Positions 44,062-52,948 of a stretch of 64,000 nt of DNA are shown here, in pieces. How positions within the stretch are numbered: position 1 is the first letter of the stretch; the number at the start of each line of letters is the position of its first letter. The notes beneath the pieces were generated by a model. The model saw nothing but the letters and a program-made list of their open reading frames with translations. It did no database searches and was not told where the DNA came from. The translations under genes and the position numbers were made by a program. The stretch spans positions 4,310 through 68,309 of the forward strand of contig DATEHZ010000061.1 in the NCBI GenBank assembly GCA_035279385.1, written 5' to 3'. Source of the stretch: Vulcanimicrobiaceae bacterium. Lineage in GTDB: Bacteria; Vulcanimicrobiota; Vulcanimicrobiia; Vulcanimicrobiales; Vulcanimicrobiaceae.

Positions 44062-44621
44062 AGAAAACCGCCGAAAGAGACCTGACAGCCGCGGATGTGC
44101 GCGCGCGTTTGGACGATGCCCGCGGCGAACTTGCCCAAGCGCGGGAGGATCTACCGAAGGCGCAGCGCGCAGCGGCGCGAGCGTATCTCATGCGCCAGCC
44201 GTACGATGATGCTGTGTCTGCGCGTTTCAACATCGCGCGCCTCGAAGACATAATTACCGGTTTGCAGTTGCTGCTACCGGTTGCGGAGCATCGCGATCGT
44301 TGCGTGGAGATCACCGAGTTGGAGCGTGAGAAATCGGCGTTGCAGCCGCGCATCGACACGCTCGACCGTCGTTATCGCGAGCTCATCGCCCAAACCCGCG
44401 ACCTGCCCGATCCAATGGCATCGTTTCTGGGTTCGCCGGCGCCGCACCCAAAGGTCGTGGAAAAAAATCGGGTCGGAGCGGAGCTGCGTTCACTCGAAAG
44501 CAGCCGCGATGGTATCGACTTCAGCATCGCGGCCGCAAAACAGCGCTGTGCGGATCTGGAGCGTGCCCATCCGGACGCGATCACGGAGGGCTGCGACGGC
44601 TCGAAGCGCGCAGCCGCCTAA
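44058..44621 (+). CDS. Coiled-coil hypothetical protein
   Basis: 187 aa with heptad-like charged helices. Confidence 0.5.
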   Translation: MKKTAERDLTAADVRARLDDARGELAQAREDLPKAQRAAARAYLMRQPYDDAVSARFNIARLEDIITGLQLLLPVAEHRDRCVEITELEREKSALQPRIDTLDRRYRELIAQTRDLPDPMASFLGSPAPHPKVVEKNRVGAELRSLESSRDGIDFSIAAAKQRCADLERAHPDAITEGCDGSKRAAA

Positions 44622-44766
44622 AACCTATCGCGGCAGCACTCCGCCGCGTGCGTGGTCACGTCTGCTACGGCGGGCGGACCACGAATCGTGGCCGGCGGGC
44701 TTGAATCACCCGCTGGTCCGTCCGGCCGTCGCTTTGGGGTCCATGCGGCGGCCGGGCACTTCATTA

Positions 44767-44787
44767 CCGGTAACTCTCGATTATCGA
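44767..44787. promoter_or_regulatory. Operator-like palindrome CCGGTAA-N7-TTATCGA
   Basis: Matches the 48070 and 51402 sites. Lies 28 nt upstream of the J-domain gene start. Confidence 0.4.
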
Positions 44788-44814
44788 CAATGCTCCGTTA
44801 GTGGAGGTGACACC

Positions 44815-45465
44815 TTGAGTGCTGCGCCGCAAGCATTTCCGCTTCAGTGGCCTGCCGGCAAACCGCGAACGCCGGCGCAGAAGCGCGAGCGCGCAAAATT
44901 CGGCAAGAAGGGCCGCGGCTGGACATCGGATCCCATCACCGGCGGCAATCGGTACGAGGGCGCAAAGTCACTGACGGTCGCCGATGCGGTCGCGCGCGTG
45001 CAGGGAGAACTCAGGCGCTTAGGCGCAACGCACCCCGTCATTTCGACGAACATCGAACTGCGGCGTGATGGTCTGCCGTACTCGAAGCAGCCGCGACTCG
45101 ACGACGATCCTGGCGCCGCGGTGTACTTTCAGCTCAAGGGCAAGCCGATCGTGCTCGCCTGCGACCACTACGACCGCGTCGCGGACAACGCCGCTGCGAT
45201 CGCTGCGCACGTCGACGCGATGCGTGCGATTGAACGGCACGGCGTCGGCTCGCTTGAGCAAATGTTCGCCGGGTTCGCTGCGCTACCGCCGATATCGCCA
45301 GATGATTGGCGCGAGCCGCTCGGGCATCCGTCCACGCTGGACGAGGCAGAGCGTAATTATCGAGAGCGCATGAAGTACGCGCATCCAGACGTGGGCGGTA
45401 ACGAAGCCGTCGCCGCGAGACTTAACGCAGCAATCGCGAAAGCGCGCGAAGAGCTCGCTGCATAA
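44815..45465 (+). CDS. J-domain (DnaJ-like) phage-type protein
   Basis: TTG start 6 nt after GGAGGTG. C-terminal J domain ..YRERMKYAHPDVGG.. (HPD motif). Confidence 0.7.
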   Translation: MSAAPQAFPLQWPAGKPRTPAQKRERAKFGKKGRGWTSDPITGGNRYEGAKSLTVADAVARVQGELRRLGATHPVISTNIELRRDGLPYSKQPRLDDDPGAAVYFQLKGKPIVLACDHYDRVADNAAAIAAHVDAMRAIERHGVGSLEQMFAGFAALPPISPDDWREPLGHPSTLDEAERNYRERMKYAHPDVGGNEAVAARLNAAIAKAREELAA

Positions 45466-45510
45466 TCATGCTACCGACTCAAAGTATGGTGCTACGGAGA
45501 TTGATAAGTA

Positions 45511-45750
45511 TTACAGCGATGCGTGGTGCTTTGGTACTGCAGAGAGACGCCAGATGATAGGCTTAGCGGTGCTATGCGTGTGGTGGTCTTGTGGTGGCAG
45601 TGAACGGTCCTTTTCGCACGCCGCTTCCCACCCACAGTTGATGCACCGGTAGATCCCGGGCTCCGGCGGTTTTTTACCAGGTGTATACGTCTTGTCGAAC
45701 GCCGCATGGGTCTTCTGCGTGAATTCGGCCTGTCGCTGATAGTACGGCAT
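45511..45750 (-). CDS. Small zinc-ribbon protein
   Basis: 79 aa, GIYRCINCGWEAAC. Confidence 0.5.
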   Translation of the reverse strand: MPYYQRQAEFTQKTHAAFDKTYTPGKKPPEPGIYRCINCGWEAACEKDRSLPPQDHHTHSTAKPIIWRLSAVPKHHASL

Positions 45751-45903
45751 ATTACGCCCCCGGCTGCGTTAAGAAAAAAAGGGATCTTCCACATTCAAAT
45801 CCGCTTCTTACAGCTCCCGCGTTGCCCGATGGTTCTTTAGTTTTATTTGATGCGTTGACACCAGAGCACCTTATACGACGTGCTTTTGTTTTTGGAAGGA
45901 AAA

Positions 45904-46122
45904 ATGATAAAAATCGTTTTTGCGGCAGCCTCCCTGCTTTCTGTCCTTATCACCGGGGCCGACCGCTGCGCGCCGGGCTCTTCCGCTAAGCCAGGCATAG
46001 TTTGCGTGGTCGGCGCTCTAAAAAAAGGCGGCGATATTCGAAATGTGTACGCTTCCGATGGTGCGCAACTGATCGTAGAGCAAACTGATGCTGCGTGCAT
46101 TCGGGATACGCACGCCAAATGA
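45904..46122 (+). CDS. Small secreted protein
   Basis: Internal ATG after GAAGGA. Signal-like MIKIVFAAASLLSVLITGA. Confidence 0.45.
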   Translation: MIKIVFAAASLLSVLITGADRCAPGSSAKPGIVCVVGALKKGGDIRNVYASDGAQLIVEQTDAACIRDTHAK

Positions 46123-46955
46123 GAAATGCAATTTTACGCGTCGCACTGGCAATTGCTGCTTTCGCGCTGCTTGGTGCATTCGCGAGCAATCAGCTGATGT
46201 CTAGAAACGACGTTTATGCTCAGATCGGCACCGCGTTCTCGTGGGCCGGCACGGCGCAAGCGTCATGGAACGGCGATCACACCATGGTGAACTGCTCCGA
46301 CTTCTTCACGTACATTAAGTCGGACGGTTCCAGTTGCACGACGTTGTACGGAACGAACGGCGCTCATCAGATCATGAATTGGTCGCAGATGCAGCAGCAC
46401 GCGGTCAACTCTACACCGGTTTCGCATACCCCGATCTTGTCGAACAATACCTTTGCCGGGGCCGTCTTCAGCCCGTGGACCGCCGACGGGTCGGCAACCT
46501 GTTCCGCGAACTTCGCCGCCTCGACGACCGATCAGGAAGGCACCGACGGCGGCAGTGCGACGGGCAATTCAAGCAACGGAACGTGCACCATTGGGATGAG
46601 CCAGACGTTCAACGTTACCGCTGCTCCGACGAGCCAATCGCTTTCGTTTTACTATGAGACTCCCAATGTATCCGCCGGCGACGGAATCAACTGCACGGCG
46701 GGAACGGGATCGGCAACAATCACGATCAAGCTCAACGGTACGACGATCTCTACCATTACCAACCCCACCTACGATTCGTCCTGGCACCCGGTGAGCACGC
46801 CCATCAGCGCCATGGTATCTGGAAGCAACACGCTGGATATTACGGTATCGCTCACGGCCGCTTCCGGAACGACCGGAAGCCCAGCGTGCACTACACATCA
46901 ATACGCCCAACAACACGTGTACATCGACAACGTTCAATTAACCGCGACGTACTAG
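46119..46955 (+). CDS. Secreted Ser/Thr/Asn-rich protein
   Basis: ATGA overlap. Signal peptide MRNAILRVALAIAAFALLGAFA. About 11 N-x-S/T sequons. Confidence 0.55.
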   Translation: MRNAILRVALAIAAFALLGAFASNQLMSRNDVYAQIGTAFSWAGTAQASWNGDHTMVNCSDFFTYIKSDGSSCTTLYGTNGAHQIMNWSQMQQHAVNSTPVSHTPILSNNTFAGAVFSPWTADGSATCSANFAASTTDQEGTDGGSATGNSSNGTCTIGMSQTFNVTAAPTSQSLSFYYETPNVSAGDGINCTAGTGSATITIKLNGTTISTITNPTYDSSWHPVSTPISAMVSGSNTLDITVSLTAASGTTGSPACTTHQYAQQHVYIDNVQLTATY

Positions 46956-47046
46956 CCTCGTGCGGCGCAATTTATACCTTTCGAATTTGCGAAAAATGGA
47001 AAAGGGACCGACTGCATCGATCCCCTTCGTCAGGTCACGGACGTGG

Positions 47047-47973
47047 CTAGTATGTAAATGCGCCGGCGGACGCGAGCATGTAACCGGCAAAGATGTCCTG
47101 GTTCGGATCGCTTGCCCCGAAGATCGCCCACTTGCCGATACGTCCATCATGCGTTTTGAAGCAGTACGTGTTCGGGCTCGATCCGTTGAACGTCGAGATA
47201 CTCACGCTGGTCGCAGCGCTGGGAATGGCTCCGCAGGCGCTCGTGGTCGTGACATTCATCAGCGCGTTGTAGCCGGCCGCGACCGCGCCATACGGAAAGA
47301 CGACTTGCGAAGGGCTGGTTGACGCATCGAGATAGACATCGGTATCCGCCTGCGTGTCGGCCTGCTCGCTCACGCCGTTCGCGTCGAACATCGCGCCCGT
47401 CAGGAAGTGGAACAAGTCCGTCGTGTCGAGCGACGATCGCAGCCCCATCCCGCGGTAGGTCAGTAGCGAGAGTTTTTGGGTGGTACCCAGTGACGTCATC
47501 GTGATCGTCGTTTGACCCGAGGTCGTCGGCAAGCCGACGACCTCGGCATTGAATACCTGCTGACAACTGCAGTTATTCAGCGGCCACGTCGGATACGTGG
47601 TCGGAATCGGCGCGGGGTTGCCGGTTTGACTCCATGTGACCGAGGGCAACGGGCTCGGGATCGCCGATCCGTCCGTCGTGTCGAGCACTGCCTGAGCCTC
47701 AACGCCGATCGTGTTCGGCGCGCCGCTGATATATGCGTCCGGAACGGCAAGTTGCTGTGTCGGGATGATTTGCCCGACGACGGTCGCCATCGGCGACGTC
47801 ATTACAGAGCGAAACAGGCTTTGCGGCGTTGAGCCGGAGGATCCGAACGTCGCGAGCACCTTGGCGGCTTTCGGTTGCATTGTCGGCAGTACGCTGGGCG
47901 AACCGCTGCCTCCGCCGCATCCGGCAAGCGCACAGGCGGAAACGGCGACGACGATGAGCGTGAAACGAATCAT
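47047..47973 (-). CDS. Lipoprotein, hypothetical
   Basis: Lipobox ALAGC followed by a Gly/Ser linker. 308 aa, Ser/Thr rich. Confidence 0.6.
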   Translation of the reverse strand: MIRFTLIVVAVSACALAGCGGGSGSPSVLPTMQPKAAKVLATFGSSGSTPQSLFRSVMTSPMATVVGQIIPTQQLAVPDAYISGAPNTIGVEAQAVLDTTDGSAIPSPLPSVTWSQTGNPAPIPTTYPTWPLNNCSCQQVFNAEVVGLPTTSGQTTITMTSLGTTQKLSLLTYRGMGLRSSLDTTDLFHFLTGAMFDANGVSEQADTQADTDVYLDASTSPSQVVFPYGAVAAGYNALMNVTTTSACGAIPSAATSVSISTFNGSSPNTYCFKTHDGRIGKWAIFGASDPNQDIFAGYMLASAGAFTY

Positions 47974-48069
47974 GTTGTGATTTATACCTCCGCGCCAATC
48001 TTACCAAAGGCGCTCGGCGGCCGCGTTGCCGATAACAATTCCACGCACAAAATTGCGCCGCACGCGCTA

Positions 48070-48090
48070 CCGATAATCAAACCTTATCGG
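48070..48090. promoter_or_regulatory. Perfect palindrome CCGATAA-N7-TTATCGG (operator-like)
   Basis: Intergenic, 44 nt upstream of ORF 48134. An extra half-site CCGATAA lies at 48029. Confidence 0.5.
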
Positions 48091-48133
48091 AACCAGCGAT
48101 GCGCAAAGTCAAGATAGCCGGGGGTTACGGAAG

Positions 48134-48550
48134 ATGACTGCTCACGTCGCGCGAGACAGCGCGCTGGTGGATGAGTCGATGCAAATGCAGACCGCCAGCA
48201 TTCATGCGGCAGAGCTGGCGAAATCGGCCTTTGAGGCCGCCAAGTATAGGGCGCTTGCGTTGACGTGGGCGCACACTATAGACCTGCTGGACACGTATCT
48301 TGCACCAGCGAACAGTCTTGAAGAGCTCCGCCGCGACATGCCGCTCCTCATCTGGGCGATACACACGTTGTGTAGCGCGATGCTGGACCAGACGCCCTCG
48401 CCTGAGCCGGTTGGAACGCATCCCGCGTTTGCCCGCATATCGAGGCGTGACGCGACGCGGATCCTGCGCGAGATGCGCGACGGCATCGTCGATGAGCGCT
48501 ATGAAAAACTGCGGCGCCGCTGCGCCAATCTACTTCCGGAGGTCGCGTAA
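48134..48550 (+). CDS. Hypothetical protein abutting the tape-measure-like gene
   Basis: 138 aa. Its TAA is immediately followed by the ATG of the next gene. Confidence 0.5.
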   Translation: MTAHVARDSALVDESMQMQTASIHAAELAKSAFEAAKYRALALTWAHTIDLLDTYLAPANSLEELRRDMPLLIWAIHTLCSAMLDQTPSPEPVGTHPAFARISRRDATRILREMRDGIVDERYEKLRRRCANLLPEVA

Positions 48551-50935
48551 ATGGCTGGTACCGATCCATATAGACTCTGGGTTGAATTTCGGGTCAAGGA
48601 TTACACGTCCGAGAACCTGGCCAACATCAGCAAATCCGTCCGCGCGACGAAAGAGCAAACCGCGGCCCTCAAAAAAGAGCTCGCCGGTATCCGCGCGCAG
48701 TCAATGATCCCGACGTCGGCTCTTCAAGCACGGCAGCAGATGCTGCGGATTGCTCGAGAGGAAGCCGTCGTCGGCGAGCGGCTCGCAACGACCTCCACCC
48801 GTAAGGAGCGGCAAGCGCTCTCGACGCGTCTGCAAGCTCTGCGGATCGCGCAGCGAGACATGTCGGTCACGCGTCAGACGCTGGCGTTCAAGGAACAGCA
48901 AGGGGCGGCGGAAGAGAAAGTCGCTGCCGCGAACGCGCAAGTCCTCGCCGTGGCGAGGGACCTCTCCGAAATCCGCGCGCGCGGACTCGGTCAGGCGACG
49001 GATCTCACCGAACTGCGCCGCGAGCAGCTGGAACTCGCCCGAGAAGAAGCGGCGATCCGCGAGCAACTCGCGACGACGGTCGATCTCGCCGAACGCGCAG
49101 CGCTGCAAAGCCGATTGGAAGCCGTGGGTCTGGCGGAGCGGGAGCTGCAGATCCGCCGGCAGACGCTGGGCGTCGACAAGGCCGATCGCAAAGCCCGTCT
49201 TGAAGCCTTAGCGCAGGTCGGTCACGGCGTGAATCACGTCGGCACCAATCTGATGTTCACCGGCGGCGGTATCTTCGCAGGTCTGGCCTATGCCACGCAA
49301 AAGGCGATGGTGTTCGACCAAACGGCGCTGGAAACGGACATGGCGCTCGGCGGGTACACCCGTTCCGCGGCGCAGCGGCAGTCCGACATTCGCGCGCTTC
49401 AAAAAGCGGCGATGATCGGCTCCGAGGCGACGGGATTCTTCAGCGCCCAGGACATTCTCGAAGGCTTGAAGATGGCCGCGAGCTCCGGTTCGCGTCCGCT
49501 CGTCGAGAAGATGGGCATGGGGGTCTTCACGCAGATCGCTCCCTCGCTCAGCCAGTTCATGGACGTGCTCGGCCGGCTCAAGGGCGAGTCCGCCGGGCAA
49601 GCCGCGAAGGAAGCGATTCAGACCGCGCACATGTTCGGCGCCTACAAGCCGGCCGATATCGCGCGCGTGCTGAACGCGCAGGCCGCGCTCACGCTGTTGA
49701 TGCCGGACAAAATGTCCACCGCGGTCAATACGCTTGCGTACGCCGCTCCGGCGGGCGTGCAGCTCGCTGGGATCCCGCAAGAAGCCATCCTCGCGCTCTT
49801 GGCGACGGCAGACCAATCCGGTCTGGGTCACGGCCGCGCCGGCGCGCGCCTGAAAAACTACATCGAAGCGGTCGCTCTGCACCAATCAGCGCCACGGGAG
49901 CGCGCGAAGGCCGCGCTGGGTATCCACAACGCCGTCAATCCGGACGGCAGCGTCGACCTGATGCGTTCGTTCGAGATCCTCATGGCGGATCGCAAACGCA
50001 TGGGTGCACAGGCATTCCGCGATGCGGCCACTACTGCATTTGGTCAGCAAGGCGTCATCGTCGCCGCGATGTTCGGCGACGAGAGCAAGCAGAGCATGTT
50101 CAACGCCAATCGCGCGGTTATCGAACAGGCGATCCAGCACGGCGATCTGAGCACGATCCAAAACCTGATGAAGGGCACGGCGCTTGGAAAAGAAGCGCAG
50201 GCCATGGCTCGTCTGAACAACGACCTCATCGAATTCGGCCGCTCTGGGATTCCGATCGCGACGAAGTTCTTCGACACGATCAACCCGAAGCTCAAACAGT
50301 TCGGTGACTGGATGCAAGCGCATCCGAAAGCCACGGATCGCCTCTTCAACGACCTGGTTGACGTTGGTGGCGGAATGCTTGCGTTCGGAGCGGCCTTCAA
50401 GGTATTCGGAACCGCACTGGCCGTACCGCTGGGCATCTTCAAGACGCTGCAGGCGCTGAAGATGGCGAAGGATCTGGGCACGATCGCGAAGGCGGTAAAG
50501 ACGCTGGGGCTCGTGGAATCCGCAGCGGCGCCCGAGGCGGAAGCCCTGGCCGGCATCGGCACCATCAGCGCGGGAACGGTCGCGGCGGTGACCGGTGCTG
50601 TCGCTGCCGTCGCCGGTCTGCTCTACGGCGTCGTCTACGATGAGAAGCACCCGACGCCATCATTCACGGGTCTTGGCCCCGCTGCGGACGCGACGGCGGC
50701 AAACTACGGTTTGCTCGGAACGCAAACGGCATACACTCCTCTCGGTCCCGGCAAGACGACAGCCGATCTTTCCGCGCTCAAAGCGAAAGTCGAATTCGAA
50801 CTGCCAAAAAATATGCCGCGCGGCACGCGCGTGACGGTTCACGCGCACCTGCAAAGCATCATGGGCACGAATCCGCGGTCAGTCGCGCTACCGAAGCCGG
50901 TGACGGTCGGCGGGATGTCCTTCGGGACGCCTTAA
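48551..50935 (+). CDS. Phage tail tape-measure-like protein (TP901-type core)
   Basis: N-terminal repeated coiled coil. Core ..AAMIGSEATGFFSAQDILEGLKMAASSG.. and ..GLGHGRAGARLKNY... Gly/Ala-rich hydrophobic C-terminal part. 794 aa. Confidence 0.7.
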   Translation: MAGTDPYRLWVEFRVKDYTSENLANISKSVRATKEQTAALKKELAGIRAQSMIPTSALQARQQMLRIAREEAVVGERLATTSTRKERQALSTRLQALRIAQRDMSVTRQTLAFKEQQGAAEEKVAAANAQVLAVARDLSEIRARGLGQATDLTELRREQLELAREEAAIREQLATTVDLAERAALQSRLEAVGLAERELQIRRQTLGVDKADRKARLEALAQVGHGVNHVGTNLMFTGGGIFAGLAYATQKAMVFDQTALETDMALGGYTRSAAQRQSDIRALQKAAMIGSEATGFFSAQDILEGLKMAASSGSRPLVEKMGMGVFTQIAPSLSQFMDVLGRLKGESAGQAAKEAIQTAHMFGAYKPADIARVLNAQAALTLLMPDKMSTAVNTLAYAAPAGVQLAGIPQEAILALLATADQSGLGHGRAGARLKNYIEAVALHQSAPRERAKAALGIHNAVNPDGSVDLMRSFEILMADRKRMGAQAFRDAATTAFGQQGVIVAAMFGDESKQSMFNANRAVIEQAIQHGDLSTIQNLMKGTALGKEAQAMARLNNDLIEFGRSGIPIATKFFDTINPKLKQFGDWMQAHPKATDRLFNDLVDVGGGMLAFGAAFKVFGTALAVPLGIFKTLQALKMAKDLGTIAKAVKTLGLVESAAAPEAEALAGIGTISAGTVAAVTGAVAAVAGLLYGVVYDEKHPTPSFTGLGPAADATAANYGLLGTQTAYTPLGPGKTTADLSALKAKVEFELPKNMPRGTRVTVHAHLQSIMGTNPRSVALPKPVTVGGMSFGTP

Positions 50936-51375
50936 TGCTGCCACGGCAACGCGCCGCACTTCGAAAGAAGAACCAGCACAATAACTAGCAGCGCAATCCA
51001 CAATAGCGCATAGATGACCTGCAAGGCGGCCTGCACGATGAGTGCGAGGTCGAGCAGCAATCCGCCGAGGCCGGCGAACAGCATGCGCCACGCTTGTCGC
51101 TTAGATAGTCTCGCCTGAGGCGGCGTCGTAATCACAGGCGCCCTGCGCGGTTCGAAAGCTGTGGGTTCCGGGTCGTGGATGCGAGCGCAAAACGGCGCGC
51201 TTTCATCCTCGGCTGCGCGGTTGGAGCGTGCGGCAAATTCGGACTCGATGTCCCAGGTATTGGGATCGGTATCACGGTCGGTTTCGGCTTGGTCCGCATC
51301 CTCGTCGTCTTCGTTATCGACGAACGGGGCGGCCCAGCCGCTGACCCCGCGCTTGCGGTTCATAGCTGAAAGCAT
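50932..51375 (-). CDS. Acidic protein with a C-terminal TM anchor, hypothetical
   Basis: 147 aa. D/E-rich N-terminus and a hydrophobic C-terminus. Confidence 0.4.
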   Translation of the reverse strand: MLSAMNRKRGVSGWAAPFVDNEDDEDADQAETDRDTDPNTWDIESEFAARSNRAAEDESAPFCARIHDPEPTAFEPRRAPVITTPPQARLSKRQAWRMLFAGLGGLLLDLALIVQAALQVIYALLWIALLVIVLVLLSKCGALPWQH

Positions 51376-51401
51376 AGTTCAGCCGAGTAGATGCCACACT
51401 G

Positions 51402-51422
51402 CCGATAACCGCAAATTATCGA
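51402..51422. promoter_or_regulatory. Palindrome CCGATAA-N7-TTATCGA (operator-like)
   Basis: Lies in the divergent intergenic region between 51375 (-) and 51627 (+). Confidence 0.45.
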
Positions 51423-51626
51423 GCGCCTCAATTCGCGGGTGCGGCAAAGGTTAATATTCTGTGATTTTCACCACGACCGACGGCGACGCAGTCATCAGCG
51501 GAGGAGGACGTACGGCTTTGGGGCGGAAGCGCGCTTCATGTCCGCTGCGCATAGAGGTGGGGCGCTTCCCCTTTTTTCCGAAACCCGGGCTTCGTCGTGC
51601 TCGTTATCGGGTAAGGAGATAGCAGA

Positions 51627-51887
51627 GTGACCATTATGTACGCACCGAGCCGGCGGGCCTTCAACCGTGACCGTCGTCCGGACAGCCCGCAGAAGATCGT
51701 CAACGATGCGGTGCGCAGCCTCCACGTGCGCTGCCTTGGCGTTGATGGAACACTTCTCATTTTTCAGCGCACAAACCGAGCTTCGCACGATCTCAACGCT
51801 CTAACGCAACAGATCGCCCAGCGGCTTCTTCAGAACGAAGATCTGCGTGAAGCGCTGAGCGGGATTACCGGCATAAGATTGCTGTAG
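51627..51887 (+). CDS. Hypothetical protein
   Basis: GTG start 9 nt after AAGGAG. 86 aa. Confidence 0.45.
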   Translation: MTIMYAPSRRAFNRDRRPDSPQKIVNDAVRSLHVRCLGVDGTLLIFQRTNRASHDLNALTQQIAQRLLQNEDLREALSGITGIRLL

Positions 51888-51912
51888 GCCGGCGCTGCGC
51901 GCCGTCGGGTGG

Positions 51913-52695
51913 GTGTGGTTCCTCGCGCTGGGGATTCCGGCCGTCGCTATCGGATTTGTGTCATGGCTATATGTCCACCAATGGTTGGCGCTTGCACATG
52001 GCTCAAGCGTAATACAGTGCGCGTTCGGCAATCCAGTTTGTAGCGTTGCGGTAGCGACATGGGCCTTGGTGCTGTTCACGATTTTTGCGTTTGCCGCTGC
52101 GGCGTCTGCGGCGATTTTCGCGAAGTGGGCGTTCAATAACGAGATCGAGCCGAGGCTAGGCGAGGATGCCTGCACGAATCGCCGTTGCACGCGACGCGAT
52201 CGCGTCTGGTACCTTTCTTCGGACATCGAATTTCTGCCTAAACGTCCGCTGGGCAGCACAGAGAAGCAGTATCGAAAAGTGCATCACGCTTTTACGAACC
52301 TAGGGCGCAACGCCCTGGGGAACGTCGTGGTCAAGGTCTGTTTTCTGGATAAGGACGGCTTTCCGTCCCCCGAATTTGACATGCCACTTGGAAACCTCGG
52401 TGTAGCGGACCTGCACCGCGAACGGCACGTCGAAATTCGTATCCACGAGGATCTTTACGACGATGGCGACGTCTTCATTCGATTTAATTCGGCGTCAGCC
52501 GACGGCAAAAAGATCAAGGCGTTCTTGAAGGTCGATCCCGAAGTGCCAACGGCGCAGAATCTGTTCATCCTGCCAAACTCCCAGCTATCCATGGGAGAGC
52601 TAATGCGCGAAGTGCGCCGAACCGAATTGAAACCTGGTCGTTCGAATCGCCGACGCGAAGCCGAGGCCGGACACGTGCAGGAAGACGACGAGTGA
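51913..52695 (+). CDS. Membrane protein with a cytoplasmic C-terminal domain, hypothetical
   Basis: 2-3 N-terminal TMs followed by a soluble domain of about 170 aa. Confidence 0.5.
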   Translation: MWFLALGIPAVAIGFVSWLYVHQWLALAHGSSVIQCAFGNPVCSVAVATWALVLFTIFAFAAAASAAIFAKWAFNNEIEPRLGEDACTNRRCTRRDRVWYLSSDIEFLPKRPLGSTEKQYRKVHHAFTNLGRNALGNVVVKVCFLDKDGFPSPEFDMPLGNLGVADLHRERHVEIRIHEDLYDDGDVFIRFNSASADGKKIKAFLKVDPEVPTAQNLFILPNSQLSMGELMREVRRTELKPGRSNRRREAEAGHVQEDDE

Positions 52696-52718
52696 TGCTC
52701 TTCCGCGATTAGCTGGCG

Positions 52719-52932
52719 CTATCGCGTCTCAAGTCGTCCGGTCACTCTGACTTTATCCCAGCGAAACGTCAAACACTGGACTTCACCGGGCGGGAACGCA
52801 CCGTCTCGGATCGTTACGGTGCCCGCTGCCATTGCCGACGAATCGCGCCGTCGCCGCCGCGTGGTGGATCTAACGCACTGTAGTCAATACTTGCGCCACG
52901 CGGCGAGATCCGCCGATCGCAAAGGCGGTCAT
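52719..52932 (-). pseudogene. Frameshifted paralog of the 68-aa gene at 54353..54559
   Basis: MTAFAIGGSRRV.. stops after 20 codons. Another frame continues ..GTVTIRDGAFPPGEVQCLTFRWDKVRV, matching ..TVTIETVCFPPGEFQRLTFRCDDVTL. Confidence 0.45.
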
Positions 52933-52948
52933 GCTCCTAGAAATTCCA

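Noticed and set aside
48300-48707. Overlapping ORF 48300..48707 as a -1 frameshift tail-chaperone (gpG/gpGT-like) product upstream of the tape-measure gene.
   Set aside because: The translation is Arg/Ser-rich shadow-like, it overlaps the start of the tape-measure gene, and I saw no slippery heptamer.
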